Origin: a virus
Virus record (IMG/VR): IMGVR_UViG_3300045988_068495
Location: 1 to 42,680 of that record
Length of the DNA: 42,680 bases
Reading direction: 5' to 3' (one strand)
Position numbers and translations under genes: made by a program. The notes beneath the pieces were generated by a model. It was given only the letters and a program-made list of their open reading frames with translations. It was not told where the DNA came from and did not search any database. This document shows, in pieces, positions 26,221 through 33,851 of this stretch. Positions within the stretch are counted from its first letter, which is position 1. Each line of letters opens with the position of its first letter.

Positions 26221-27209
26221 TGCCTCTTATCAATCATGCAGGCGGCGGAGGCGGCACACCGCAGCTGTGCGGACAGGTTGAGAATTTTGAAGCCGCGGCC
26301 GGTAATCTAAGCGTAATTCTATCGTGGGCAGCGCCCAGCCCCGACGAGGACAACAGCTTCGTCGGCACTCGCATCGTGCGCAAGATCGGCTCTGCGCCTA
26401 CGGGCATCAACGACGGCACGGCCGTTTATGAGGGCACAGCACTGACCTACACCGATACCGGCCTGACCGCCGGAACGACGTATTACTATCGCGCTTTCGC
26501 CTATAACGCGAAAAAGAAATATCAGACTGCGTACAGGGTTATAAACAAAACGGCTATAACTCTCAACTCCAATTTTGCCGACAACACGTGGGAGACGATA
26601 ATCGCTGCCTGTCAAAGCGGCAGCGTACCCGACACGTGGGTCGCGGGCGACAGCAAGACCATGTCCATAGGCGGGGTCGATTATCAGTTTGATATCGTCG
26701 GCAAAAACCACGACACCTACACCGCCGGAGGGATTGCGCCGCTGACGTTCGGACTGCACGACTGCTACGGCACAAAGTACTCCATGAACGACTCAGACAC
26801 GAACTCGACCGGCTGGAACCGCAGCAAAATGCGACGCACACACCTGCCTGCCATTCTGGCGCGGATGCCAACGGAGGTACAGAACGGCATCCGGGAGGTG
26901 AATAAGCTGACCATGGCGGGCAATCAGAGCGTGACCATCGACACCACGGCGGACAAGTTGTTTACATTCAGCGAGAAGGAGGTCTACGGCAGAGCGACAT
27001 TTTCCTACAACATCGAGGAAGAGCAGTACGACTACTACAAGGCCGGAAACAGCAAGATCAAAAAGGTAGGGAGCGCCGCTTCCTGGTGGTGGCTGCGCTC
27101 GCCTGCTAATGCCAACACCGATTACTTCTGCATAGTCACCACGGACGGCTCGAGCAGCGTTACCAACGCCAGCGGCTTGAGCGGCGTGTGCTTCGGCTTC
27201 TGTTTTTAA
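26220..27209 (+). CDS. Fibronectin-III domain protein with a WWWLRSP C-terminal domain (DUF6273-like); receptor-binding candidate
   Basis: LSVILSWAAP..TRIVRK..YTDTGLTAGTTYYYRAFAYN (FN3) and SWWWLRSPANANTDYF. ATG overlaps the upstream TAA. Confidence 0.6.
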   Translation: MPLINHAGGGGGTPQLCGQVENFEAAAGNLSVILSWAAPSPDEDNSFVGTRIVRKIGSAPTGINDGTAVYEGTALTYTDTGLTAGTTYYYRAFAYNAKKKYQTAYRVINKTAITLNSNFADNTWETIIAACQSGSVPDTWVAGDSKTMSIGGVDYQFDIVGKNHDTYTAGGIAPLTFGLHDCYGTKYSMNDSDTNSTGWNRSKMRRTHLPAILARMPTEVQNGIREVNKLTMAGNQSVTIDTTADKLFTFSEKEVYGRATFSYNIEEEQYDYYKAGNSKIKKVGSAASWWWLRSPANANTDYFCIVTTDGSSSVTNASGLSGVCFGFCF

Positions 27210-27226
27210 TCCGGGAGGTGTAGATC

Positions 27227-27577
27227 ATGTACGCGATAAAAGTAAACAACGAAATCGCCGGATATTCCGATAGCTTCGTATATATCCGACTGCACACAAA
27301 CGGCTGCTATGTGCTGTGCAATGAAGCGGAGGCTGAGGGCATATGCGCAAAGACGGCAAAGGAATACACCGACGCGGTGACCGGCGAAACGGTAACGCAG
27401 ATAGCCGACACCGTATTCCGGCTTACCGACGACGGTCTGCACGGCACCGAGCCGAAGTGCGAGATCGAAACGGTAAACGGCGCACAGGTCGTAGCGGACA
27501 AGGATAGCGAGCTGAAAAACGCCGTGAGCACCAGCGACCTTGAGGCGGCATACAAGGAAGGAGTCAACAGCGTATGA
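27227..27577 (+). CDS. Hypothetical protein
   Basis: Track ORF with RBS GGGAGGTG. Confidence 0.45.
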   Translation: MYAIKVNNEIAGYSDSFVYIRLHTNGCYVLCNEAEAEGICAKTAKEYTDAVTGETVTQIADTVFRLTDDGLHGTEPKCEIETVNGAQVVADKDSELKNAVSTSDLEAAYKEGVNSV

Positions 27578-28017
27578 CGAAGACAGAGGCCATGATCAAA
27601 ATGAAGGAAAAGGGCGCGGACGATGCGCTCAATCTGCGCGGACGCGCAAGCACGATGGACGGCACGGCGATAATCGCGGAGGAAAGCAAAGTGCCCGATT
27701 TCGATGCGACGAAGGACTACAGCGCATGTCCTGCCGGTACGCCGGTTGCGGACGAGGGGCAGGTGTGGACGCTGATAACGCCGTACAACGCCGCGAATTA
27801 TCAGGGCAGGCCGTCAACGCTTCGCGCTCTGTGGGGGCTGTGTCACACGACCGACCCGGCCAAGGCCAAAGCATGGGTAGCCCCTCTCGGAACGAGCGGT
27901 ATGTACATGACCGGCGAATGCTACAAGGACGCTTCCGGCAAGGTACACAGGTGCTTGCAGGATAATGTTGTATACGATGCGTCGGCGCTGCCGAGCGCGT
28001 GGGAGGATGCGGAATGA
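27574..28017 (+). CDS. Hypothetical protein preceding the lysin
   Basis: Track ORF with ATGA overlaps on both sides. Confidence 0.45.
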   Translation: MTKTEAMIKMKEKGADDALNLRGRASTMDGTAIIAEESKVPDFDATKDYSACPAGTPVADEGQVWTLITPYNAANYQGRPSTLRALWGLCHTTDPAKAKAWVAPLGTSGMYMTGECYKDASGKVHRCLQDNVVYDASALPSAWEDAE

Positions 28018-28727
28018 ACATTACCCCGAAACAGGTGCTCACACTTGCGGCAAAGTACATAGGCTATAAGGAAAAGGCGTCGGACAAGGACTTATACAGC
28101 TTCGAGGACAACGCCGGACGGGGCAACTTCACGATGTTTCAGGCGGAGCTCGACAAGGCGAAATTCTGGAACACACCGAAGAACGGCTATGAATGGTGCA
28201 CAAGCTTTGTAGCGTGGTGCTTCTGGCGCATTGCAGGCAGCGAGGCAAAGGATATTCTGTGCCTTACCGGGCCATACGGCGCAAGCTGCGTGAGCTGGGC
28301 AAAGTATTACGCGGCACAGGCGAGGCTTTTCACCAAGCCGCAGGTAGGCGACCAGTATTTTCAGCGCGACAGCCGCGACGGGCTGCCCTGCCACACGGGA
28401 ATTGTCGAAAGCGTAAACGGCAACACGTTCGTTACCATAGAGGGCAACTACGGCAACGCCGTCCAGCGCGTCAGACACAGCCTTAACAGCGGCACGGTCT
28501 ACGGCTTCGGCAGACCGAAATATACAGCAGAAAGCGAGGATGAGGATATGGTGAGATGGAAAACGGTCAACGACGTTCCCGAAGGGCTTTACCGCGACAC
28601 CGTCAGGCAGCTTATGCAGGACGGCATAATCAAGGGCAAGGGCAACGGCGTGGTTGACCTGACCGAGGACATGCTAAGGGTGACGATATATAACAAAAGA
28701 ATGATTGAAACAATGTTGGAGAAATAA
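28014..28727 (+). CDS. Endolysin: CHAP-domain peptidase/amidase with an SLH-like C-terminal segment
   Basis: ATG 28014 follows GGAGGA. Catalytic-type Cys (YEWCTSFVAW) and His (LPCHTGIVESV). C-terminus VNDVPEGLYRDTVRQLMQDGIIKGKGNG. Confidence 0.75.
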   Translation: MNITPKQVLTLAAKYIGYKEKASDKDLYSFEDNAGRGNFTMFQAELDKAKFWNTPKNGYEWCTSFVAWCFWRIAGSEAKDILCLTGPYGASCVSWAKYYAAQARLFTKPQVGDQYFQRDSRDGLPCHTGIVESVNGNTFVTIEGNYGNAVQRVRHSLNSGTVYGFGRPKYTAESEDEDMVRWKTVNDVPEGLYRDTVRQLMQDGIIKGKGNGVVDLTEDMLRVTIYNKRMIETMLEK

Positions 28728-28730
28728 AGT

Positions 28731-28964
28731 ATGGCAGAGAGCATAATAGTCGCTATCATAACGGGCGTTTTAACGCTCGTCGGCGTACTTATCAGCAACA
28801 GCAAATCACAGGCGGTAATGGAAACAAAGGTGATCGAGCTGACACGAGAGGTCAGGGAGCACAACAAGTTTGCAAAGCGTATGCCTGTAGTAGAGGAACA
28901 GATTAAGGTAATCAACCATCGCATAAGCGATCTTGAAGAAGACATGAAAAATCATCATCATTGA
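28731..28964 (+). CDS. Lysis-cassette membrane protein (N-terminal TM plus coiled coil)
   Basis: IIVAIITGVLTLVGVLI followed by a charged helical region. Sits between the lysin and the holin. Confidence 0.45.
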   Translation: MAESIIVAIITGVLTLVGVLISNSKSQAVMETKVIELTREVREHNKFAKRMPVVEEQIKVINHRISDLEEDMKNHHH

Positions 28965-28977
28965 CGGAGGCACATTA

Positions 28978-29241
28978 ATGAAAATCAACTGGACTGTAAG
29001 ACTTAAAAACAAAACCTTTTGGCTCGCGCTCGTTCCGGCGGTGCTGCTGCTTATTCAGGTAGTGGCGGCGGTGTTCGGCATCGATCTCAAGCTTGACGCG
29101 CTGGGGGACAAGCTGCTGGCCGTTGTAAACGCGCTGTTCGCGGTGCTTACCATTCTCGGCGTAGTCACAGATCCGACGACCGCCGGAGTCAGCGACAGCA
29201 GACAGGCTATGGAGTACGATAAACCGAAGTGTGATAAATGA
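28978..29241 (+). CDS. Holin, phiLC3 family
   Basis: MKINWTVRLKNKTFWLALVPAVLLLIQ...AVLTILGVVTDPTTAGVSDS matches the remembered family signature. Confidence 0.85.
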   Translation: MKINWTVRLKNKTFWLALVPAVLLLIQVVAAVFGIDLKLDALGDKLLAVVNALFAVLTILGVVTDPTTAGVSDSRQAMEYDKPKCDK

Positions 29242-29486
29242 CACAGGCGCGATTACGGCTCAGGCCGGACATGGCAATGCTGCCGCGCGAGAAGTGGGAT
29301 GAGCTTATATACAGCTCCAATCTCGGGCGCGAGGGCAGTAGGATAGCGGATTTGTATTTCATTCAGCAAATTCCGCAGATAGACATAGCAGAAGAAATAG
29401 GGCTTGACCGAAAAACCGTCTCGAAGAGAATCACAACGGCAAGAGCCAAAATAGAACATAATTACGAGCGGCTTTTCAAAAGCTGA
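29238..29486 (+). CDS. Sigma-70 region-4-like HTH protein
   Basis: RIADLYFIQQIPQIDIAEEIGLDRKTVSKRITTARAKI. ATGA overlap with the holin gene. Confidence 0.55.
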   Translation: MTQARLRLRPDMAMLPREKWDELIYSSNLGREGSRIADLYFIQQIPQIDIAEEIGLDRKTVSKRITTARAKIEHNYERLFKS

Positions 29487-29512
29487 GGGGAGGCAAAACC
29501 TCCCCTTTTTTT
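29487..29512 (+). terminator. Rho-independent terminator closing the late operon
   Basis: GGGGAGG-CAAAA-CCTCCCC followed by TTTTTTT. Confidence 0.85.
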
Positions 29513-29598
29513 ACGCCCATTTTCCCCATAACACGGACATTAGTTACCCCCTTTGAAAGCGGAAAAGCTTTAAGCTTTAGGTAAAGGGAGGCGGCGAA

Positions 29599-29976
29599 AT
29601 GTTCGTGTTTTTTAATCCTAATCCGGGCGCTAAGCGCGTCGGCGATTGCGCAGTGAGAGCAATTGCAAAAGCAATGGGAACGGACTGGGAAAAGACCTAT
29701 CTCGCTTTGTGCGTTGAAGGTCTGAGAGCGCACGACATGCCCTCGGGAAACAGCGTCTGGGGAAGTTACCTCAAAGCCAACGGCTTTAGACAGCGCATGC
29801 TGCCAGATGCTTGCCCGGAGTGCTACACAGTCGCCGCCTTCGCCGATGAACATCCGCACGGCGTTTATGTCCTTGCACTGTCCGGGCACGTCGTGGCCGT
29901 CGTAAACGGCGATTACTACGACACGTGGGACAGCGGCGAGGAAGTGCCGGTTTATTACTTTGAAAGAGAGGATTAA
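29599..29976 (+). CDS. Predicted papain-fold cysteine peptidase/amidase-like moron protein
   Basis: Candidate triad: Cys in RVGDCAVRAI, His in LSGHVVAVV, Asp in YYDTWDSG. RBS is AAAGGGAGG. Confidence 0.45.
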   Translation: MFVFFNPNPGAKRVGDCAVRAIAKAMGTDWEKTYLALCVEGLRAHDMPSGNSVWGSYLKANGFRQRMLPDACPECYTVAAFADEHPHGVYVLALSGHVVAVVNGDYYDTWDSGEEVPVYYFERED

Positions 29977-29978
29977 TC

Positions 29979-30350
29979 ATGGCTTACGGTTACGGCAACA
30001 TGTATGGGCAACCATATTATCAGCCGCCTATGATGGACAACCTCGCGCAGATGCGAGCACAGCAGCAGCCTGCACAGCAGGGCATGATCTGGGTGCAGGG
30101 AGAGGCGGCAGGTAAAGCGTATTTAGTAGCTGCCGGAAACACTGTTCCGCTTTGGGACAGCGAACGGCAAACGATCTATCTTAAATCCGTTGACACGGCA
30201 GGCATGCCGACTATGCGCATTCTTGACTACACGGAACGAGCGCAGAGCGCACCGGCTCAGCCGACTGCGGACTATGTGACCCGAGCAGAGTATGAGGCAC
30301 TTGTAAAGCAAGTCGCGGCGCTTATGCCGAAGGAGGTAAGTAATGAGTAA
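29979..30350 (+). CDS. Hypothetical protein with a Tyr/Pro/Gln-rich N-terminus
   Basis: MAYGYGNMYGQPYYQPPMMDN..QQQPAQQ followed by GMIWVQGEAAGKAYLVAAGNTVPLWDSERQTIYLKSVD. Confidence 0.5.
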   Translation: MAYGYGNMYGQPYYQPPMMDNLAQMRAQQQPAQQGMIWVQGEAAGKAYLVAAGNTVPLWDSERQTIYLKSVDTAGMPTMRILDYTERAQSAPAQPTADYVTRAEYEALVKQVAALMPKEVSNE

Positions 30351-30549
30351 TCCTTTGTTTCAAGCTCTCGGCGGCGGAGTTAATCCGCAGTTTCAGCAGC
30401 TCGTGCAGCGCTTTCAGCAATTTAAAAGCACGTTTCAGGGAGACCCACAACAGGAAGTGCAAAAAATGCTTCAAAGCGGAAAGATAACACAGCAGCAGCT
30501 CAATCAGGCGCAGAGCTTTGCGCAACAGTTCCAGGCGCTTATGAAGTAG
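30343..30549 (+). CDS. Small Gln-rich protein
   Basis: 68 aa, of which about 19 are Gln. Overlaps the upstream gene by 8 nt. Confidence 0.45.
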   Translation: MSNPLFQALGGGVNPQFQQLVQRFQQFKSTFQGDPQQEVQKMLQSGKITQQQLNQAQSFAQQFQALMK

Positions 30550-30604
30550 GTACATTTTATCCGGCCGGGTATTTGTAAATACATATCGAAAGGAAAACTA
30601 AACA

Positions 30605-31327
30605 ATGGCGATTTCTTCTGATGCGCCGGTAATGACTATGCCGGTTGCACCAACCTCAGCAAACGGCGGCTTCGGCGGTTTTGGCGGTGACGGATGGTGG
30701 ATAATCCTCTTTTTCATCGTGCTTTTCGGCTGGGGCGGCAACGGCTGGGGCGGTAACAATGGCGGAGTGATGGACGGATACGTTCTGACTTCCGACTTTG
30801 CAAACATCGAGCGAAAGCTTGACAACGTTAACAACGGCCTGTGTGACGGCTTCTATGCCATGAACACGGGAATGCTTAACGGCTTCGCCGGTGTCACTCA
30901 GGCGGTCACAAACGGCTTCTACTCTTCCGAGCTGTCGCGCTGCAATCAGCAGGCCGCACTTATGCAGCAGCTGAACGCAATGCAGATGCAGGCTCAGGAG
31001 TGTTGCTGCGAGAACCGCGCGGCAATTGCTCAGGTGCGTTATGATATGGCAACGCAGGCTTGCGATACTCGCAACACTGTGCAGAACGCAACACGCGACA
31101 TTATCGACAACGCAAACAGCAACAGCAAGGCAATTCTCGATTTCCTCGTCAACAGCAAGATGCAGGATTTGCAGACCGAGAACCAGAGCCTCAAGCTTGC
31201 AGCTTCGCAGGCTGCGCAGAATAATTACCTCGTGTCTCAGCTGCGGCCTTGCCCGACTCCGGCTTACATTACATGTAACCCTTGGGCTTCGTCTGCACCC
31301 TATGGGGCATGCGGTAGCTGCGCATAA
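30605..31327 (+). CDS. Membrane protein with a Gly/Trp-rich flanked TM helix, Gln/Asn-rich helical region and Cys-rich tail
   Basis: GGFGGFGGDGWWIILFFIVLFGWGGNGWGGNNGG, then QECCCENR, then a tail CPTPAYITCNPWASSAPYGACGSCA. Confidence 0.55.
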   Translation: MAISSDAPVMTMPVAPTSANGGFGGFGGDGWWIILFFIVLFGWGGNGWGGNNGGVMDGYVLTSDFANIERKLDNVNNGLCDGFYAMNTGMLNGFAGVTQAVTNGFYSSELSRCNQQAALMQQLNAMQMQAQECCCENRAAIAQVRYDMATQACDTRNTVQNATRDIIDNANSNSKAILDFLVNSKMQDLQTENQSLKLAASQAAQNNYLVSQLRPCPTPAYITCNPWASSAPYGACGSCA

Positions 31328-31395
31328 CAAATCTCATAGTTTAGCTTTTTCGTGATCTTACGAAAATGGTCGGCCTTTACCGATACTAACGATAA

Positions 31396-31428
31396 GCGGT
31401 GGGGCGCATAGCCTCACCGCATTTTTTA
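31396..31428 (+). terminator. Rho-independent terminator splitting the moron island
   Basis: GCGGTGGGG-CGCATAG-CCTCACCGC (9 bp, one G:U) followed by ATTTTTTAT. Confidence 0.7.
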
Positions 31429-31444
31429 TGAAAGGACTGATTAT

Positions 31445-31660
31445 ATGGCAACTTGCAAAGAACTCAAAGCAAAATTCATTGACTATCTTATAGATGTAGA
31501 CCTTGACACGCTCGATGTAAGCGAGCTTAACACTTTCGCGTGTATCATCAAGACTGTCAACGAAATGGAAAATGGCGATTACTATGCAAACATGATAAAA
31601 ACCATGTCGCTGTCGATACCTTTTGGTATGGCTGGAAAGGAGAGCGAAAACGATGGCTGA
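31445..31660 (+). CDS. Small acidic hypothetical protein
   Basis: Track ORF. Its stop overlaps the next start (ATGGCTGA). Confidence 0.45.
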   Translation: MATCKELKAKFIDYLIDVDLDTLDVSELNTFACIIKTVNEMENGDYYANMIKTMSLSIPFGMAGKESENDG

Positions 31661-32075
31661 ATTTACGAACTCGAGTATTGTAACTGTTGCAGCCGGGCAG
31701 AACGTACCTCTCACCGAGACTGCGGTAGCCGGTAATTGCAGCATAGTGCACCGCGAGGGCGCAGGCATTGTTACGCTCAGAGGCCTCACAAACCAGTGCA
31801 GAGCGCGTTATCGTGTTGCCTTTGGCGCGAATATAGCCATACCTGCCGGCGGCACTGTGGAGGCTATCACAGCCGCTTTAGCGATAAACGGCGAACCGCT
31901 CACCAGTGCGACGGCAACGATAACACCGGCTGCAGTTGAGAATTATTTTAATATCTACGTTGCCGCAAATGTAAACGTACCGCGCGACTGCTGCCTCACT
32001 GTAGCAGCAGAGAACACGAGCAGTCAGGCAGTCAACTTTGCGAATGCAAATCTTATAGTTGACAGAATAGCGTGA
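31653..32075 (+). CDS. Beta-rich protein with a BclA-C-terminal / C1q-TNF-like jelly-roll sequence pattern (tentative)
   Basis: ATG 31653 follows GAAAGGAGAG. RYRVAFGANIAIPAGGTVEAITAALAINGEPL...NIYVAANVNVPRDCCLTVAAENTS..ANANLIVDRIA resembles exosporium BclA CTD strand patterns. There is no collagen-like region. Confidence 0.35.
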   Translation: MAEFTNSSIVTVAAGQNVPLTETAVAGNCSIVHREGAGIVTLRGLTNQCRARYRVAFGANIAIPAGGTVEAITAALAINGEPLTSATATITPAAVENYFNIYVAANVNVPRDCCLTVAAENTSSQAVNFANANLIVDRIA

Positions 32076-32088
32076 AAGGAGCAATAAC

Positions 32089-32475
32089 ATGAGTATGAAA
32101 ACACTTGAAAGACTGCGCGACATGCTTTGTGAGGAACTTGACAGTATTGCAGAGCAGGGCGAATTAAACGTCGGCGCGCTTGACATTATCGACAAGCTTG
32201 TGCACAGCATAAAGAACATCGACAAGATCTGCATGAGCGACGGATACAGCCGTAGAAGCGAATGGGATGCAGAAGGCTTTATGCGAGGCAACAGCTACAA
32301 GCGCGACAGCATGGGGCGCTATAGCCGGGATGATGACTATAGCCGCAGACATTACAGCCGCGCCGACGAAAACGAGCACGCTATCGCAAAGCTCGAGGAT
32401 ATGCTCAAAACCGCAGGCGGCGAGAGCGAGCACATGGCGATAAAGAAAGCTATAAGCATCCTCAAAAACGCATAA
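32089..32475 (+). CDS. Hypothetical protein with a helical N-terminus and a Tyr/Ser/Arg/Asp-rich low-complexity core
   Basis: GYSRRSEWD..SYKRDSMGRYSRDDDYSRRHYSRADE. RBS is AAAGGAG. Confidence 0.5.
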   Translation: MSMKTLERLRDMLCEELDSIAEQGELNVGALDIIDKLVHSIKNIDKICMSDGYSRRSEWDAEGFMRGNSYKRDSMGRYSRDDDYSRRHYSRADENEHAIAKLEDMLKTAGGESEHMAIKKAISILKNA

Positions 32476-32481
32476 CAAAGT

Positions 32482-32502
32482 TGTCGTAAATTTTGACGTA
32501 AA
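32482..32502 (+). repeat. Arm-type direct repeat, copy 1 (TGTCGTAAATTTTGACGTAAA)
   Basis: 20 of 21 nt identical to 32712..32732. The two copies flank the tRNA-like core. Confidence 0.6.
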
Positions 32503-32597
32503 ATTGCAAGTTAAAACGTGTATATCTACGTTAATTTTTGTATAATTACGTTGAAAAATGTACGGCACAAAAACGCCGCAAACCATTGATAAACAAA

Positions 32598-32639
32598 GAA
32601 AATCCCGAAGTCGTTAAAACTTCGGGATTTTCTCTTTTT
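32598..32639. terminator. Bidirectional hairpin terminator
   Basis: GAAAATCCCGAAG-(9 nt)-CTTCGGGATTTTC has a T-run on the + strand and an A-run upstream (which is a T-run for the minus strand). Confidence 0.75.
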
Positions 32640-32677
32640 GGCACGCCGTAAGGGATTCGAACCTTTGCGGCAGAGCG
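32639..32677 (-). other. Candidate attP core: 3' end of a tRNA gene (T arm, acceptor 3' strand, discriminator, CCA)
   Basis: The minus strand reads ..GCAAAGGTTCGAATCCCTTACGGCGTGCCA. No matching 5' acceptor strand lies upstream, so this is a fragment. It sits about 60-100 nt downstream of the int stop. Confidence 0.55.
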
Positions 32678-32711
32678 AAAAGACATTGATAATACTGTGC
32701 TTTTTCGATGC

Positions 32712-32732
32712 TGTCGTAAATTTTGGCGTAAA
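32712..32732 (+). repeat. Arm-type direct repeat, copy 2 (TGTCGTAAATTTTGGCGTAAA)
   Basis: See 32482..32502. A third partial copy, TTGTCGTAAAAAT, lies at 32755..32767. Confidence 0.6.
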
Positions 32733-32735
32733 CTA

Positions 32736-33851
32736 TCAATCTTGCTTGGGTAAATTGTCGTAAAAATCGCGCATTGCGTTTTCTGCGTGGCCTATGTCCT
32801 GCGCAGACAAATGCGTGTAAATTTTACGCATTGTCGCGTAGTCTGACCAGCCGCCTATTTGCATTGCAGCCTGTTCGCTCATACTAACATGGTAGGCTAA
32901 TGAAGCGAAAGAATGACGCAAGCCGTGAACTCCAAGCTTCGGCAAACCATTAGCAGCGCAAATATTATTGACCCAATCATACACTGTGGAAATGTAGCAT
33001 GTTACGACCTTACCGTGCTTACTTTTAACAGCCGTCAAAGCCTCATAAAGCTCCGGTATCATAATAGGTATTGTTCGGGTCGATGTGGCGTTTTTGTTTG
33101 ACGGCTTTTCAACAAGTGTCCAATTTTCTCCCGGGACTACTGCGCCGGAAACTTTTATAGTGCGCTTATCCAAATCAACATTTGACCAATCAAGCGCGGC
33201 GATCTCTGAGCGCCTGAGCGAATGCAAGCCGAGTAGTGCGGCTATCTCGACAGGCGTTCCCTTGACGGCTGCGATAAAGACATGTATCTGCTCCGGGGTA
33301 AGAAAAACGGGGTCTTTAGGCACAATTTGCGGCAGGGTAAGTCTGGGCAACTCCACACCGGCGGATTTAATAGCCGGTGACACAAGCCCCCATGCGTTCT
33401 TAAGCGTCTTAGGGGCACATACAAGCGCTTCTGCGTTAATCACCGCTTGCCAGTCCTTTATATCAGACAGCGGCTTTGCCATTACGGCCTTAAAGCGGTT
33501 TTTCTTCACAGAGCCATAACCGGCAAGGGTTGACGGCGACAGAACGTTCCGGCGATTATCAATATAATTATCTATTGCTTCGGCAAGTGTCAAATCCGTT
33601 TTCTTTTGGGTCTTAACAAACCCGGCTCTTATAGCAATCGCCTTGGCCTTGGCTTCGGCTTCGGTGTCCTCAATGACGGTCACACCCTCGCGCCGGAGGT
33701 CAACATACCACTTCTGCCCACGCTTACGCGGCGTGGGTATTTTTATCTCGTCTTTCTTCTTGCGCTCGCGGACAAGGCGCTCACCGCAGTAGCCGCAGAA
33801 CGTAAAATGCAGCTCATCGGGCAATTCGGCTTTGCAATTTCGGCACTTCAT
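32736..33851 (-). CDS. int: Tyrosine integrase with an N-terminal zinc ribbon
   Basis: CRNCKAE..FCGYCGE at the N-terminus. C-terminal catalytic pattern HGLRHSFASLAY ... GGWSDYATMRKIYTHL. Confidence 0.9.
   Translation of the reverse strand: MKCRNCKAELPDELHFTFCGYCGERLVRERKKKDEIKIPTPRKRGQKWYVDLRREGVTVIEDTEAEAKAKAIAIRAGFVKTQKKTDLTLAEAIDNYIDNRRNVLSPSTLAGYGSVKKNRFKAVMAKPLSDIKDWQAVINAEALVCAPKTLKNAWGLVSPAIKSAGVELPRLTLPQIVPKDPVFLTPEQIHVFIAAVKGTPVEIAALLGLHSLRRSEIAALDWSNVDLDKRTIKVSGAVVPGENWTLVEKPSNKNATSTRTIPIMIPELYEALTAVKSKHGKVVTCYISTVYDWVNNICAANGLPKLGVHGLRHSFASLAYHVSMSEQAAMQIGGWSDYATMRKIYTHLSAQDIGHAENAMRDFYDNLPKQD

Noticed and set aside
31358-31789. A 143-aa minus-strand ORF inside the moron island.
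   Set aside because: It overlaps a + strand terminator and two + strand ORFs that have good SDs, and it has no signals of its own.
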